34,225 nt of DNA. Source: Octopus bimaculoides (lineage: Eukaryota). A program made the translations under genes and the position numbers. The notes beneath the pieces were generated by a model. The model saw only the letters and a list, made by a program, of their open reading frames with translations, ran no database searches and was not told the DNA's origin. Location: assembly GCF_001194135.2 (NCBI RefSeq), contig NC_068991.1, positions 26,392,647 through 26,426,871 of the forward strand. Direction: 5' to 3'. Below are positions 9,601 to 22,224 of this stretch, one piece after another. Within the stretch, counting starts at the first letter, position 1. The number at the start of each line of letters is the position of its first letter.

Positions 9601-11099
9601 AGATAATATGTAAACATTTAAGCTCTGCTGCTCTTCCTACATACAAGAAAAGCAAAATAAATACGCCAACTCTCTTTCTCTTCTTTTCACTCACTCTGCC
9701 TCTGTGCACACATACAGACATACACACACACACACTCACACACATATACATACATATATATGCGTATTAGAAAAACAATGAATCTCGATGTCAAGGAAGT
9801 CATTTTTCAAAGCACGTCTTTCTACACTAAGATCCATAATAGTATAGTTTTATCAGGATCAAAGCCGTGTATATTTACTGTGGTGAACCTAAACGCTGTG
9901 GAACTAATTGTGTTAGGAAGAGAAGTAACTACGTAAGATATATGCATCCTGATCATGAGGATCTGTAGAGGAAGATCTTCATAGGGGAATTCTTCGGAAT
10001 TTAAATAAGTCAGCTCTGGGCACATGATTGTTTCGTTCAGAATCCTTAAACAAACCTTATTCACAGACATTTTGAGCGGAATGGGCTGCTAGACCCCAAG
10101 AAAATTCCAACCGGGCACCACCCTTTAAGGTCATGCGTTGCTTATCTTCATATGACGTGACCACCTCTCGTACTTTTGGCTGAAATGCATGTGCTTGGTG
10201 TTGCCTTATCAGGCGGGTAGTCATAATGGGTATATTTGACTTCGTATATTTCTACCCCAGTTTCAATTTGATGGTGTGTACTGCTCTCTCAGTCAATCAT
10301 AACAACAAGAAAAAGAACAAGAATGGGAACAACGACAGCAACAGCAATTACATTTATGAATTTGTGCTGCAAGATTCCACATGTGAAACCATGGGTTGAA
10401 ACAGATGCTGTTATATTTCTGTTATATATATATATATATTATTTTGTGAAATAAGCAGACTCATTACCTATTCGTTCGTCATTCGTTTATTACTTTTCTT
10501 ATTTTAACTGATGTCTATTGTAAGGAAATCTTTTATCATACATTTGTGACCTCTTTAGCGACACTTTCCGTCATCGTGTATGTTACTTCTGTGCTTAATC
10601 CATTCTGTTCTTCTATGAATAGATCCTCCCTAATGTTTTTGTACATCTCTCATGACACATTACATTATCTGACAATCTAAAAGCGCTGGTGTCGTAAATT
10701 GCACCAACTCTCTCAACGTCTTTATTTCGGGCCATCATTTCTTCGTTGGCCCTCCTCATTAGCAGTAAATCTGGTGTTTATGTAACTGACTGTCGTTGCG
10801 CGAGTTTTGTTTTTAGAGCGAGGTGGGATTCCGATAGTATTGATGGTACTGGTATGGGTAGCATTGGTTTTGTTCACGGTTGTATAGCTGGTGGGTTGGT
10901 GCTTTGATGTGTCCGTGTTCGTTGAGAGAGGGTTGGTATGAGTCAATGCACTTTTTGCTCTCTTTCCGTGTATTTCGTTTTTTGGTGGGTGGGGATCCTT
11001 CAAGTCTTCACTTTAAAATGTGGAGGAATCAGTGTCTGTGGAAACTTTCTCGGTTAGGGTGAGAATACAATTTCTATGAGTATCTATGTGTGAGTGTGT

Positions 11100-11900
11100 T
11101 TGAGAAAGGATATTAGGAAGAGTTGGGTTAAGGAATTCCGTGTGTGGTCCATTCTATTGATCTTTTTGTTGATAATGGTGGGAACGGTGGCGATGCTGCT
11201 GCTACGTCTGTCACCAAAGATGAAGCTACCACTACAAACTGCGGTACAGCCTCCGCTTTCATTGGTGTTGTGGATTTTGGCGGTGTAACTTTCTCTTGTT
11301 TCGCACTAGCCACTGTTGTTGTTACTGCCCTTTACTTGATTTTTGTTTTTGTTGCCGTAGCAGCGGCCGTGACGACAACGGTGGGGCCCTCCTTTCTATT
11401 TTCCTTGTTTTTGCTGTTTGGGCAGAATGCCAGTATGTGATCCGTCATTTGATGATGTGGCATCTCAGTCGTTTGCTCTCAACAATGACTCGTAACTCTG
11501 CTCCATTCGCCAGGGAGATCAGGTAGAGGATCCTTACTTGCTGATCAGTCTTTACATTTAGAAATACCTCCAGTCGAGCTCCATCTCTGGTTCTCTTGAG
11601 GTCCAGGAGTGTTTCCTTACCTTTCAAAACCACGCAAGCCATGGAACACCACGGTTCTCGTGCCACCTCTTCAATGGTAATTTTCATTGTTCTTCTTCCC
11701 CGATACATGGGGAAGAGGAGGAAATCTTCACTTATGGATTCGCAAGGCTTCAGTCTTAAATAAGACTTCGAGCTTGCCAAACTGTCTGTCTTACATTTGA
11801 TACTTGACCAATATTCTACCATATATCGTTTAGGGACCTTTCAAAGTGGAGGTCCATGACCGTATCCAAGCGCTAAGATTTGAAACTAATGCATCTAACT
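11100..11900 (-). pseudogene. Decayed ORF1 (gag-like, CCHC knuckle) of an L1/Tx1-type LINE
   Basis: FGKLEVLF, LLFPMYRGRRTMKITI and ISLANGAELRVIVESKRLRCHI(fs)QMTDHILAFCP (knuckle 11422-11462) align by eye to the ORF1 at 30796-31900. Confidence 0.62.
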
Positions 11901-12595
11901 GTCACAAATTTCATTGCCGTTACTGCTAGAGTCACTGACGAGGGGGCACAAACTTTGCCCATTATCCCTCAAGTTTTCTAAATCAAACTGCAGCTATCAG
12001 TTTTGAGGCTTTACTATCTAAGGAGAGATAAAAAATTATTTTGCGGCAGAGACGTCTGCGAATGAAATTTTGTATTTGTTGTTCTTGGTAGTTTTATTAT
12101 TGCTATTGCTTTTGCTCCCAACGGTGCTACTCACGCCGCCAATGTTGTCTCCTTCAAATTAGCTCTCACCATTATCGTTCGTAGTGCAGCTGCTGTTGAC
12201 GCCACTATTGCTGTCAATGCTACCACAAACAGCAATAACGTTCCTGCTATTGTTACTACTGCTGTTGTCGATGATAGTGCTACTGGCACTGGTCTGCAGC
12301 TTCTGAAAACTTTTTTGGGGACGCTGATTGTGTTGCTGTTGCTGCAACCATCACCCTCGTCCGGCTGTACGCGAGACGGGCTTATACACACAACAAATAA
12401 TGCAAACACTAGTACAACAAAAAACTGCAATCAGACCCCATAACTAAGCAAACTGACGCAGTTCAATACCAGGAAGTGTTTGCACTCCCCCAGCAACAAA
12501 AAGAACACACACCCCAGCAACACAGAGGTGTAGCAGTTGATGCAATAAAAATTGCATGAAGCTACCAAATGTTGAATAATAATTATAATAATCCT

Positions 12596-12766
12596 TTCTA
12601 CTGAAGTTACAAGGCCTGACGTTTTGGGGGAGGGGACTTGTGTTTTACTCCTAAGGATGAAAGGCAAAGTCGACCTCCGTGTAATTTGATAGCAGAACGT
12701 CAGGCGGACGAAGTGCTGCTAAGCATTTCGCCGGCATGCTAACAATTCTGCCAACTCACCACCTTG
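12596..12766 (-). mobile_element. tRNA-derived SINE, family A
   Basis: Reverse complement gives GGTGAGTTGGCAGAATTGTTAGCATGCCGGCGAAATGCTTAGC...GAGGTCGACTTTGCCTTTCATCCTT. Confidence 0.8.
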
Positions 12767-12800
12767 GCAATAGTGATAGCAGTGGTAATAATAATAATAG

Positions 12801-14502
12801 TGCTTGGCACTGACACCTTTATCTGACATGCTAAATAAAACTGGATGTCGATACAACTGTTATGGCAAAACAATCAGCCACCTCGTATATATGGATGATC
12901 TAAACATTGTATGCTACAAATGATAAACAGTTGGAAACATTACTACAGAAAATTCATGAATTTACCAAAGAAATAAACGTGAAATTTGGCTTAGATTTAT
13001 GTGCCGAAGCAACATTGAAATGAGGGAAACTAGTTAAGAGTTGCAACATCACACTAGATTATGCAAATGAAATAAGAGAATTAGGCCACTGCTAGACACA
13101 TAAATACTTAGCAACCAATGAACTACATACGATAGAACACACACAAATGAAAGAGAAAAATACTAAAGACGGGTTAGATATTAATACTGAAAACAGAGCA
13201 CAATACGAAAAACAAGATACTAGGTGTCCCAGTTATAAGGTACAGTTACAATATTCTTAACTGGACTCTAAATCAAAATAGACAGGACAATTTTTTTAAA
13301 ATAATGACAGGATTTAGGATGCACCACCCAAAATGAAACATAGAAAGGTTATATATACAACGTATCGAAGTTGTTAGAGGCCTTATGCAGATAGAAAACT
13401 ATTACAAAATAATCACCAGAGGACTACAGAAATACCTACTTCAGAGGCAAGAAAAACTGATACATATAGCTACAAAACACGAACAAATAAAAGCTGTTTG
13501 CAGTCATTAAGGAAGCTGACAAATACAAAAAAAGAAGCCATACTACCTAACAACTATGAAGAAAAAGAAGAAACAACAGAAGCTGTAAAACAACTGAAAT
13601 CCAAACTAAAACCGGAACAGCAACATATCATGATAAAACGATGGCAAGAAACGCCCCGCCATGGCAAATACTGGGTTAAAATGAAGAGAAATGATATAGA
13701 CAAAGCAAAATCCTAACAATGACTGAGAAGCTCGGGACTCAAAGCAGAGAATGAAGGCTTTTTAGTTGCTGCAAAGAATGAAAGCCTTCCCGCCAGAAAT
13801 CAACAAAGACATGCAAATGAAATACAACAAATAATTTCAGAGTATGTGGAGATGGAGAAGAAACAATAAATCATATTGTCTTTAGTTTTCCGATCCTGGC
13901 TAAGAAGGAATATATTCACAGACACGACAGAGCTGAGACCTGTATACACTGGAAGCTATGCCAACACTGTGAAATAACAACATAAAAATATGGTATAAGC
14001 GCACCCCCCAAAAAGGTCACAGAAAATGAGAAAGCAGCCATAATATGGGATATGCCAATACACACAGATAGAGGAATTAAAGGTAATACGACAGATATAG
14101 TTGTCAGGGATCACCAAGGATAAATGCGTTCTAATCAATGCATTAGTAGCAACAGATAACAATGTTTTTCTGAAAGAAACGGAAAAACCTTCAAAATACA
14201 AAGATCTGGAAAAAGAGTAACTGGAATGTGCAGTCTAAAAGCAGAACCAATTCCTATCATATTAGGCGCATTAGGTATGATAAAAAAATGCATTCAGACA
14301 AATACATAACAAAAAAAACACCAGTACTAATAAGTATATATAACATACAGAAAATAGCACTACTATGCATCGCACACATCTTGCGCAAAACGCTTTTTGT
14401 ACAGTAAAATTAAGAGCATCACAACAAATCACAGCACATACCCAAGGCACACAGCTGCTCTCAGTAGTGCAGTGAAAGCACGTGATTAAGATAAGAGTAC
14501 TG
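12801..14502 (+). mobile_element. 5'-truncated R4/Dong-clade non-LTR retrotransposon (RT, CCHC, restriction-like endonuclease), decayed
   Basis: CLALTPLS; YMDD (12888-12899); KFGLD; MHHP..IERLYIQR...RGLMQIE; GLKAENEGFLVAA; GEETINHI; RHD (13920-13928); WDMPIHTD..DIVV; KYKDL; IILGALG; AHILRK; (AAT)n tail. Confidence 0.9.
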
Positions 14503-14654
<152 letters not shown>

Positions 14655-15207
14655 NNNNNNNNNNNNNNNNNNNNNNNNNNNNNNNNNNNNNNNNNNNNNN
14701 NNNNNNNNNNNNNNNNNNNNNNNNNNNNNNNNNNNNNNNNNNNNNNNNNNNNNNNNNNNNNNNNNNNNNNNNNNNNNNNNNNNNNNNNNNNNNNNNNNNN
14801 NNNNNNNNNNNNNNNNNNNNNNNNNNNNNNNNNNNNNNNNNNNNNNNNNNNNNNNNNNNNNNNNNNNNNNNNNNNNNNNNNNNNNNNNNNNNNNNNNNNN
14901 NNNNNNNNNNNNNNNNNNNNNNNNNNNNNNNNNNNNNNNNNNNNNNNNNNNNNNNNNNNNNNNNNNNNNNNNNNNNNNNNNNNNNNNNNNNNNNNNNNNN
15001 NNNNNNNNNNNNNNNNNNNNNNNNNNNNNNNNNNNNNNNNNNNNNNNNNNNNNNNNNNNNNNNNNNNNNNNNNNNNNNNNNNNNNNNNNNNNNNNNNNNN
15101 NNNNNNNNNNNNNNNNNNNNNNNNNNNNNNNNNNNNNNNNNNNNNNNNNNNNNNNNNNNNNNNNNNNNNNNNNNNNNNNNNNNNNNNNNNNNNNNNNNNN
15201 NNNNNNT
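14655..15207. other. Assembly gap (N run)
   Basis: 553 N. Confidence 1.
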
Positions 15208-15451
15208 CATAGTAGGTGCCTTAGGTATAATTAAAAAAATATTCAGACAAATACATAACAAAAATACCAGGACTTACAAATATATATAACATACAGAAAA
15301 TTGCACTACTGGGTACTGCACACATTCTACGCAAAACACTTTCAATACAGTAAACATAAGAGCACCACAGCAAACCACAGCACATACCCAAGGCGCACAG
15401 AGCTGCGCTCGGTAGTGAAGTGAAAGCACGTTATAAAAATAAAACTACTGA
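15208..15451 (+). mobile_element. 3' end of a second R4/Dong-clade copy
   Basis: IVGALGIIKK(fs)YSDKYITKIPGLTNIYNIQKIALLGTAHILRKTLSIQ* and a 3' UTR homologous to 14260-14502, followed by (TAA)n. Confidence 0.88.
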
Positions 15452-15457
15452 ACGATC

Positions 15458-15554
<97 letters not shown>

Positions 15555-15570
15555 CGATAACGATGATGAT
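15458..15570. repeat. (AAT)n microsatellite grading into (GAT/GAC)n
   Basis: Direct inspection. Confidence 0.97.
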
Positions 15571-17219
15571 GATTGGAAGTGAAAGTAAAATAATTAATAC
15601 TTTGATTGATGGACATATTAATATCAACTTCCGTAGATAAACACAACCGACTATGCGACCGGTAACATATTGTGTTGACAGTGAAAGCATGTTGAGTAAA
15701 AGTGGACCTCTCTTGAAAATAATCTGAGAATGAAAAATTACGTAATAACATTACAGAAAGAATTTTGTTGGATGGTCTCTCCATTTTGTTAATAGCTTAG
15801 CGGTTACAGAATTTAATGTCTCCACCGAAAACATAAAATAGTTATGCTATGTATCTATAATAAATGTCTAACATATTTAATATTTAACATTGTAAACTTT
15901 TAAATAGTTTCATTTCTTTATACCAACTAAACAATAACAAATTATATTTAAGAAGCACCTTGTGTATTCACAGTAACTCAGACTAAACATAAATGAATTA
16001 AACGATTGTTTTATTAATTTATGGTGGAGTTTAAAGCTTCTTACACAAATATTTCTATATACGTGTGCAAACGTGTATTTTAATAATGCGTCAATATACA
16101 GATATTAATTTGCAAAAGTAACACACTTTACATCTTTATATATTACTTGCTACATGGTATTCTCAGAAGATTGAAACTTTATAAGTGAGATTCCATAAAC
16201 GAAAGGCGAGGGATGAAATATCTATGGGAATATTTGTTATTCTATAAGAAATATGAATATATCGAGTCGATTTGATAGTTACGTTATGAAAGTAACCTAT
16301 TGTTTTTAACTTTACACAAAAGATGCCCTCTGTTTTTTTAGTCTTAAATTACAAGTGATGTGCATTAGAATTCCTTTCGATGAAGTACTAGAATCTGGAA
16401 TATTTATTTACAAAAGAAAATAGAGTTTTAAGGAGATGTTTGAATAATGATACTATGAGATTTGTATAGTCTATTTTCTTTCAGTGTCTTCAGTATGGTA
16501 CACTATCAACTAAGACACGAACTCGCCATTTATTGAAATAGTTTTCAAAATACCTGCTATCCATTGTTGTCCATCTCTTATGCAATTTCTTACAAACACT
16601 TATACGATTTCTCTCACCCGTCCCTGTATGTTTTATAAAATCCAACGCATATCGTTATCTGTAAAAATAATTCATACTTAAATAAACTAATAATAGTGCC
16701 TTTAACTGCCTTGATAAGAAAAATTGAAATGACATATGTTTGTTTATTCATTTTATCTCGTTTGCCTTTCCAAATTCTTCCGTTTCTATGAATTTGAATC
16801 CACTTCAAAAATTCAAGTGCCATATGAAATATTCTTTGTTTCTGAGTTTCAAAGCTGTAGTACCAAACTTCTTCAGTCCTGTGAACTTGTGGAGCCAGAA
16901 CTGTTAATTATACTGTTGACGCATGTAATCCTTGTCATTTTTATTGCAGTAAATTCTGAAGTCTATTCGTAATGTATGTCTTCAAAAGAATTTAAAATAT
17001 CTGGCACTGCTGAAAACTTGTTGGTTTGTGAATGAACAATACCTCATAATATCAGTTATTATGAGTTGTACGTAATTTAAAGTAGAGTTTTGTAGCGCAA
17101 TAACTGACTCTGGCGTATATGGATTTTCCTTTCATTTGTAGTTATTTTGTTTGATCTTGTTGAAAAATATATATTAGTGACAGAGGCAGTATGAATACCG
17201 AGAGGTAATATTTATCCCC

Positions 17220-17497
17220 ACATAAACGCGGGCGGTCACTTTCAACAACCTATACTGCGGTAGATGCCATAAGATAAAATCTCTTATTAGATTTTGGTGC
17301 AAAATGCACTTGTTTATATCACTAGAGGGAAAATAAATCCCCGCCATTTCCGGCGCCTAGAGCAACATTTTACGTGATTTCAACCTTCCTTGGTTTTGAC
17401 AATGATGGACGCTGGGACGCTAGAAATAGCACCCCGCCAGCGATATATAGAGTAATTGTGACAGAACGGTCTCTGGTGTCGCGATTAACCAGTAAGT
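17220..17497. promoter_or_regulatory. Candidate promoter / first-exon region
   Basis: Locally CpG-rich; GGGCGG near 17228, CCGCCATTT YY1-like site overlapping a TTTCCGG ETS-like site (17341-17353), CCCCGCC (17431-17437), ATATATAG near 17443, donor-like CA|GTAAGT at 17492. Motif evidence only. Confidence 0.33.
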
Positions 17498-18227
17498 TTG
17501 TTAAAAATATATATTTCCGATTAAGGCAGTTTTAATTGCGAAAGGTAATATCAATCCACACTTAAATGGGGATGTTCTGTTAGAATGAACAGAAGTTCCA
17601 TGAGAGAAACCCTTATGTTGGCTTTTAGTACAAAATGTACTCTTGTTTATATTTGTAGCAGTGAGATAATTCTCCACTACCTCCGGTGCATTTTGTAAAA
17701 GCGCGTATTCTGACACTTATTCTGGCCGGGAAATGTGTCATTGTCATATCTAGCTGTTGAGCGTCCATCAGAGACAAGACAAAGGTGGTGTAAACCGGAT
17801 GATCTGGTGATGAGGTTGCTGGAGGTTGTGGAGATTTATAACAAGCGTGCACTTTATACAAAATACTAATGTGAGCGTTTATCTCATGGTATCTACTGCA
17901 GTATCGTTTGTTCTAGTAGAACATTGACGTTTAAGAGGAGATAACTATCCCCTCTTTTCTTTGTGATATTAAAATGAAAATAATATGATGTCTAGGTGAT
18001 CAACCAAACACCGTATATCAAACTTTTCAACACCGAGTATTTTCTCACAGGCTTTGCCTCAAGGAATGGTCACAGCTCATTGTTCGAAATCTGAACATTC
18101 ATAGCAGTAACGTTTCTCTTCCCAAACCAGTTAAACCAGGAAAGAACTTCAGCATAAAATAGCAAGTGACAGAATGGATTCTTGTCGATGTTTCGCATAG
18201 AACTTCCTTGAATAAATGTTCACATTT

Positions 18228-18400
18228 TTCTATGTATGTATGTATGTATGTATGTATGTATGTATGTATGTATGTATGCATGTATGTATGTATGTATACA
18301 TGCATGCATGTATATATGTATGTATGCATATTTGCAAACATTACTGTATGCATGTGTATATATGTGTGTGTGTCTGTATTTATATATGTATCTTTGTATT
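18228..18400. repeat. (ATGT)n microsatellite with degenerate extension
   Basis: Direct inspection; source of the MYVC ORFs. Confidence 0.95.
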
Positions 18401-18605
18401 AATGTATGCATCTACTAAAACTCTTTGTCTGTAATTCTCACTCTCACCCGTATATATGCGTTCATACATACGTATATAGTGTATGTGGAGTGCTCAGCCA
18501 CTTGCACGTTAATTTCACGTGCAGGCTGTTCCGCTGATCGAAACAACTGGAAACCTCGTCGTCGTGCCAGACGGAATACCAATCATATACATATATATAT
18601 ATATA

Positions 18606-18810
18606 GGCGCAGAAGTAGCTGTGTGGTAAGAAGTTTGCTCCCCACTCACCACATGGTTTCAGGTTCAGTTCCACTGCGTGGCACATCGGACAAGTGCCTT
18701 GGTCCGACTAAAGCCTTCTGAGTGGATTTGGCTGACGGAAACTGAAAGAAGCCCATCTTATATTATGTATGTGTATGTGCGTCTTTGTGTTTGTATGTCT
18801 ATGTATGTGT
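18606..18810 (+). mobile_element. tRNA-derived SINE, family B (head, body and internal microsatellite)
   Basis: GGCGCAGAAGTAGCTGTGTGGTAAG head, GGTTCAGTTCCAC B-box-like motif, GAGTGGATTTGG...GGAAACTGAAAGAAGCCC, then TA/TG repeats. Confidence 0.8.
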
Positions 18811-18813
18811 TTT

Positions 18814-19035
18814 CACGTAGTGTAAAGCCGCTCGGCAGAGATCGACCTTGTACTCTGCTGTGCATGCGCACTAAATTTTCACGTTCTACATTACTTTCGC
18901 TGTTTACAGCAGTGCTTGGAATGAAGGTTTGTAGCGTGTGATCGTCGCCATGACTATGACAGTGAAAGTTGAGCACCGAATCTGCATAGAATTTTGCCAA
19001 AGACTTGGTGATATCTGCACAGAGGCCTAAGCAAA
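18814..19035 (+). mobile_element. Tc1/mariner 5' fragment (5' UTR and transposase start)
   Basis: MTMTVKVEHRICIEFCQRLGDICTEA resembles the mariner start EQRxCIKFCxxLG; inverted homologue of 19402-19595. Confidence 0.7.
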
Positions 19036-19649
19036 CTTTTCAAAACACGTTCATGACACAATGAAGATCTTGTGCAACTGAAATCCGAATGCCTTGTTGG
19101 TGAGCTGAAAGCAGTTTTGGCACAAACTTGCAGACACGCGTCTCATACCCAATTATTCTGTGATAATAGACTAAACTGAAACGTAACTAATGTTCCCATC
19201 CTCTGGTAACTCATGGATGGTTATTCGACGATTTCCCCTCACAGCTGCACGTATATGTGCAATGTTTTTCTCAGTTCTGCTGGTTGCGGATCTCCCAGAA
19301 CGTCCGTCACAATCGGCATTTTTTCGGCCATCTTCGAAACGTCTGAACCACTCGTATACATGTGTGCGGCTCATACACTCCTCTCTAAACATTTTCTGCA
19401 ACCTTGCGTAGGCCTCTGAGCAGGCATCGCCATGACAACTTTCTTAGTCATGGTAAATACGACGATCACACGTCACACACCTTCTTTCCAAGCATTGCTA
19501 TAAACAGCGGAAGTGAGGTAGAACGTTAAAAAATAGTGGACACGCGCAGCAGCGTTCAGGGTCAATCTGTGCGAAGCAGCTTCACTCAACGTGCTTTAAC
19601 TTTGTTACTATGGTAACAGTCCGGGTACTTATCGATCAAGCCTCGTATA
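19036..19649 (-). mobile_element. Mariner 5' half: terminal inverted repeat plus N-terminal HTH region
   Basis: TA-CGAGGCTTGATCGATAAGT terminus (about 19618-19649); MSRTHVYEWFRRFEDGRK...RSGRSATSRTEKNI...NRRITIHEL; LGMRRVSA; ends before the first catalytic Asp. Confidence 0.82.
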
Positions 19650-20089
19650 CAATATATTCCTGGTCTATGCAAATTTCACCAACCAGATTGTATACTCATA
19701 CACATCCACAAATAGATAGATACATACATACACACATACACACACATATATGTATATATCTATCTATTTATCTAATTGTCTATATATATATATATATGAT
19801 TTAATTGTATGTTAACAATCCTGTTAACAATCAGCATATGAATTACTATAATCCTTCCCAGAAACATTTATTTAGAAAAGGAGAAATCCTTGAACCATAT
19901 CAAATAGAATGTTAAATAAAATCCCATGAAAAATCAGTGAACAAAGTTCTATATTCAACATGTAATTTGTATTGTGCAAGCGGAATCCATTTTATCCCTA
20001 ATCTATTTATCACAACATAAGGCTTCACAGAGGAATTCGCATAATAAGTACGTTATTCATTTCCCTGTCCTTAAAAACAACAACACACA

Positions 20090-20140
<51 letters not shown>
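20090..20140. repeat. (TA)n microsatellite
   Basis: Direct inspection. Confidence 0.97.
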
Positions 20141-20143
<3 letters not shown>

Positions 20144-20929
20144 TGCATTCATAAATACACACGCGCGCACATGCATATGCACCCCTCCCATGCACACACA
20201 GATCTACTTCTAAAAGGCTAATAACGAAAGGAATTTAGATCATATTTTGATTCACGTTGTTCAAACGATACAGTCGTCAGCAATTTTCTGATTACGTTCT
20301 TTAATAGAAAATAATGCACAATAAGATTAGAATCTCTTGTGATGCAAAGCCTCAATATTTAATACATATTGGAAAGAAGTTACAAATCAAAATATTCCAC
20401 GGAGTATATGACGACTATCATATGATACAATATATACTACTGGTCATTAAAATATCGTGCTTTGGATATCAATATGAAAAGCGCCCCAAATTTTTATAGT
20501 TATTGTTATCGTTGTCGTTGCGGTGGTGCTGGGGGTTCTGGGGGTGGGGGTGCTGGTGGTGTTGTTGGTGGTTGCTCTCCTTGTTTAACTTTAAGTTAGC
20601 ACAAAAAGTATTAAGATCCGTGAACGGCTCTTTCTATTTTCATCTATCCTGTATTGTTTCTATGACATAATTCTACGGGAGACAAAATAATGCAATATGT
20701 ACCATCTTCTGAAAGACATTGAAGTTTGATTTCAAGAAAATCTACGAGATGATTGCTCTGCGTCAGTCCCACGTGCTCAAGTAGTCATGGGTATTTACAA
20801 GATGGAGACATGGTGCCAAGGACATTTTGATACAATACAATTACATGACTGGTAGCATATTTAGTTCTTCCTATGTTAAGAATAGCAAAGTTACGTGCGG
20901 ATTTGAAAAACAAAAAACTGCCTTTCGTA

Positions 20930-21300
20930 GGCGGTTAAAAGTTCCGTCCCAATACGTGATACCATACGCAAGTGTTTTCTACTGTAGCCTCGGGCCGACC
21001 AAAGCCTCCTGGGTGGATTTGGTAGACGGAAACTGAAAGAAAGCCGTCGTATATACATATGTGTGTGTGTGTTTGTGTATGGAAATGCGTACGTGTGTCT
21101 CTGTGTCTGTGTTTGTCCACCACAACCGCTTGATCACAGGTGACGATTTGTTTACTTCCACACAACCAGGCGGTTCAGCAAAAGAGAACGCTAGGATAAA
21201 TACCAGGTTTAGAAAAAAGTACCGATGTCCATTCGGTCGACAAAAATCTCCTCAAGGTGTTGCCCTAGCTGGCCGCAGCCTCATGCTTGAAACATGTAGC
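20930..21300 (+). mobile_element. SINE family B, 5'-degenerate, with 3' tail
   Basis: GCAAGTGTTTTCTACTGTAGCCTCGGGCCGACCAAAGCC...GTGGATTTGGTAGACGGAAACTGAAAGAA, internal TA/TG repeat, tail GGCGGTTCAGCAAAAGAGA...GGCCGCAG. Confidence 0.82.
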
Positions 21301-22007
21301 TGATGAAAGATAATAAAAACACAATATAGTTTACCCCGGGAATTTCTGTTTCTGGAAATTATAAAAATACTTAGATGAAAGGGAAATTATAACAAGGTCC
21401 TCAATGGATAGTGTTCTTGTAGGAGTCGATGTCAATCTGTCTCTTAGTCTCTGGCTTCTTTCCTGATTGATGACACAAAACCTGGAACTCAGGGGTGGCT
21501 AAGGTTTAAGAAGTCAAATCGTCGTTGATGATCGATTGGCTTTTTCTTTTCCTGTCCCATAAGGTCGATTGTTTCCCTTATCATACTAAGGTACTCTTTG
21601 CGAAAACAATCGATCCATTTGACTAGCTTCAATTGGGCCCAAGTATTGTAGCAGGCTTATACTACACACTCCATTTTGTTTTTATGCCTGTATATGTCTC
21701 CGTCATGGAATCGTTGGCCGTCCGCAAGGTCCGCACATAGGACTTTTTAAAGCAGCATACATTTTTGCATCCAAAAGACGTGTTTCTACCAAATTACAAC
21801 CGTAGAATATGTACTAATGCATTCAGACAATGACCCCACTCTAAAAATGAGTATCAGATTACATTCTGTAAACAATTCCCAAAACAAAAATATCCTGGAT
21901 TCCTTAAACCAGTGTTGAAGTTATCTCAGTTTTTCCGTACTAGTACTTACCATGGGGAAGATTTCCGATTTTACAAAGATGTACCTTTCTATCACACAGA
22001 TGTGATT

Positions 22008-22157
22008 GTGTGTAAGATGTTTGCTTCCCAGCTACATGTTTTCGGGTTTAGTCCCACTGCCGTAACACTTTGAGCAAATGTCTTCTACTATGTCATCAAG
22101 ACAGCCAAAGCCCTGAGAGCTAACTCTAACTTAGATGGTAACTGAAAGAAGCCCGCC

Positions 22158-22224
<67 letters not shown>

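Noticed and set aside
12131-12430. Secreted or membrane protein (MQFFVVLVFALFVVC...)
   Set aside because: Starts at TTG, lies in GCT/GTT/ACT low-complexity sequence next to a LINE ORF1 remnant, and has no splice or homology support.
16614-17160. Possible minus-strand exons (ITICVGFYKTYRDG with a GTGAGA donor) and decayed coding-like sequence
   Set aside because: Too short, surrounding frames are full of stops, and no recognisable protein.
17403-17770. 11-bp inverted repeat TGATGGACGCT / AGCGTCCATCA as transposon termini
   Set aside because: Short, no extension, no target-site duplication seen.
21283-21330. Hammerhead from GAAACATGTAGCTGATGA; other CTGATGA hits at about 6769 and 28584
   Set aside because: No room for stem I at 21290 (SINE tail). 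The other hits lie inside the Chapaev ORF or a SINE and have no GAAAC at a suitable distance.
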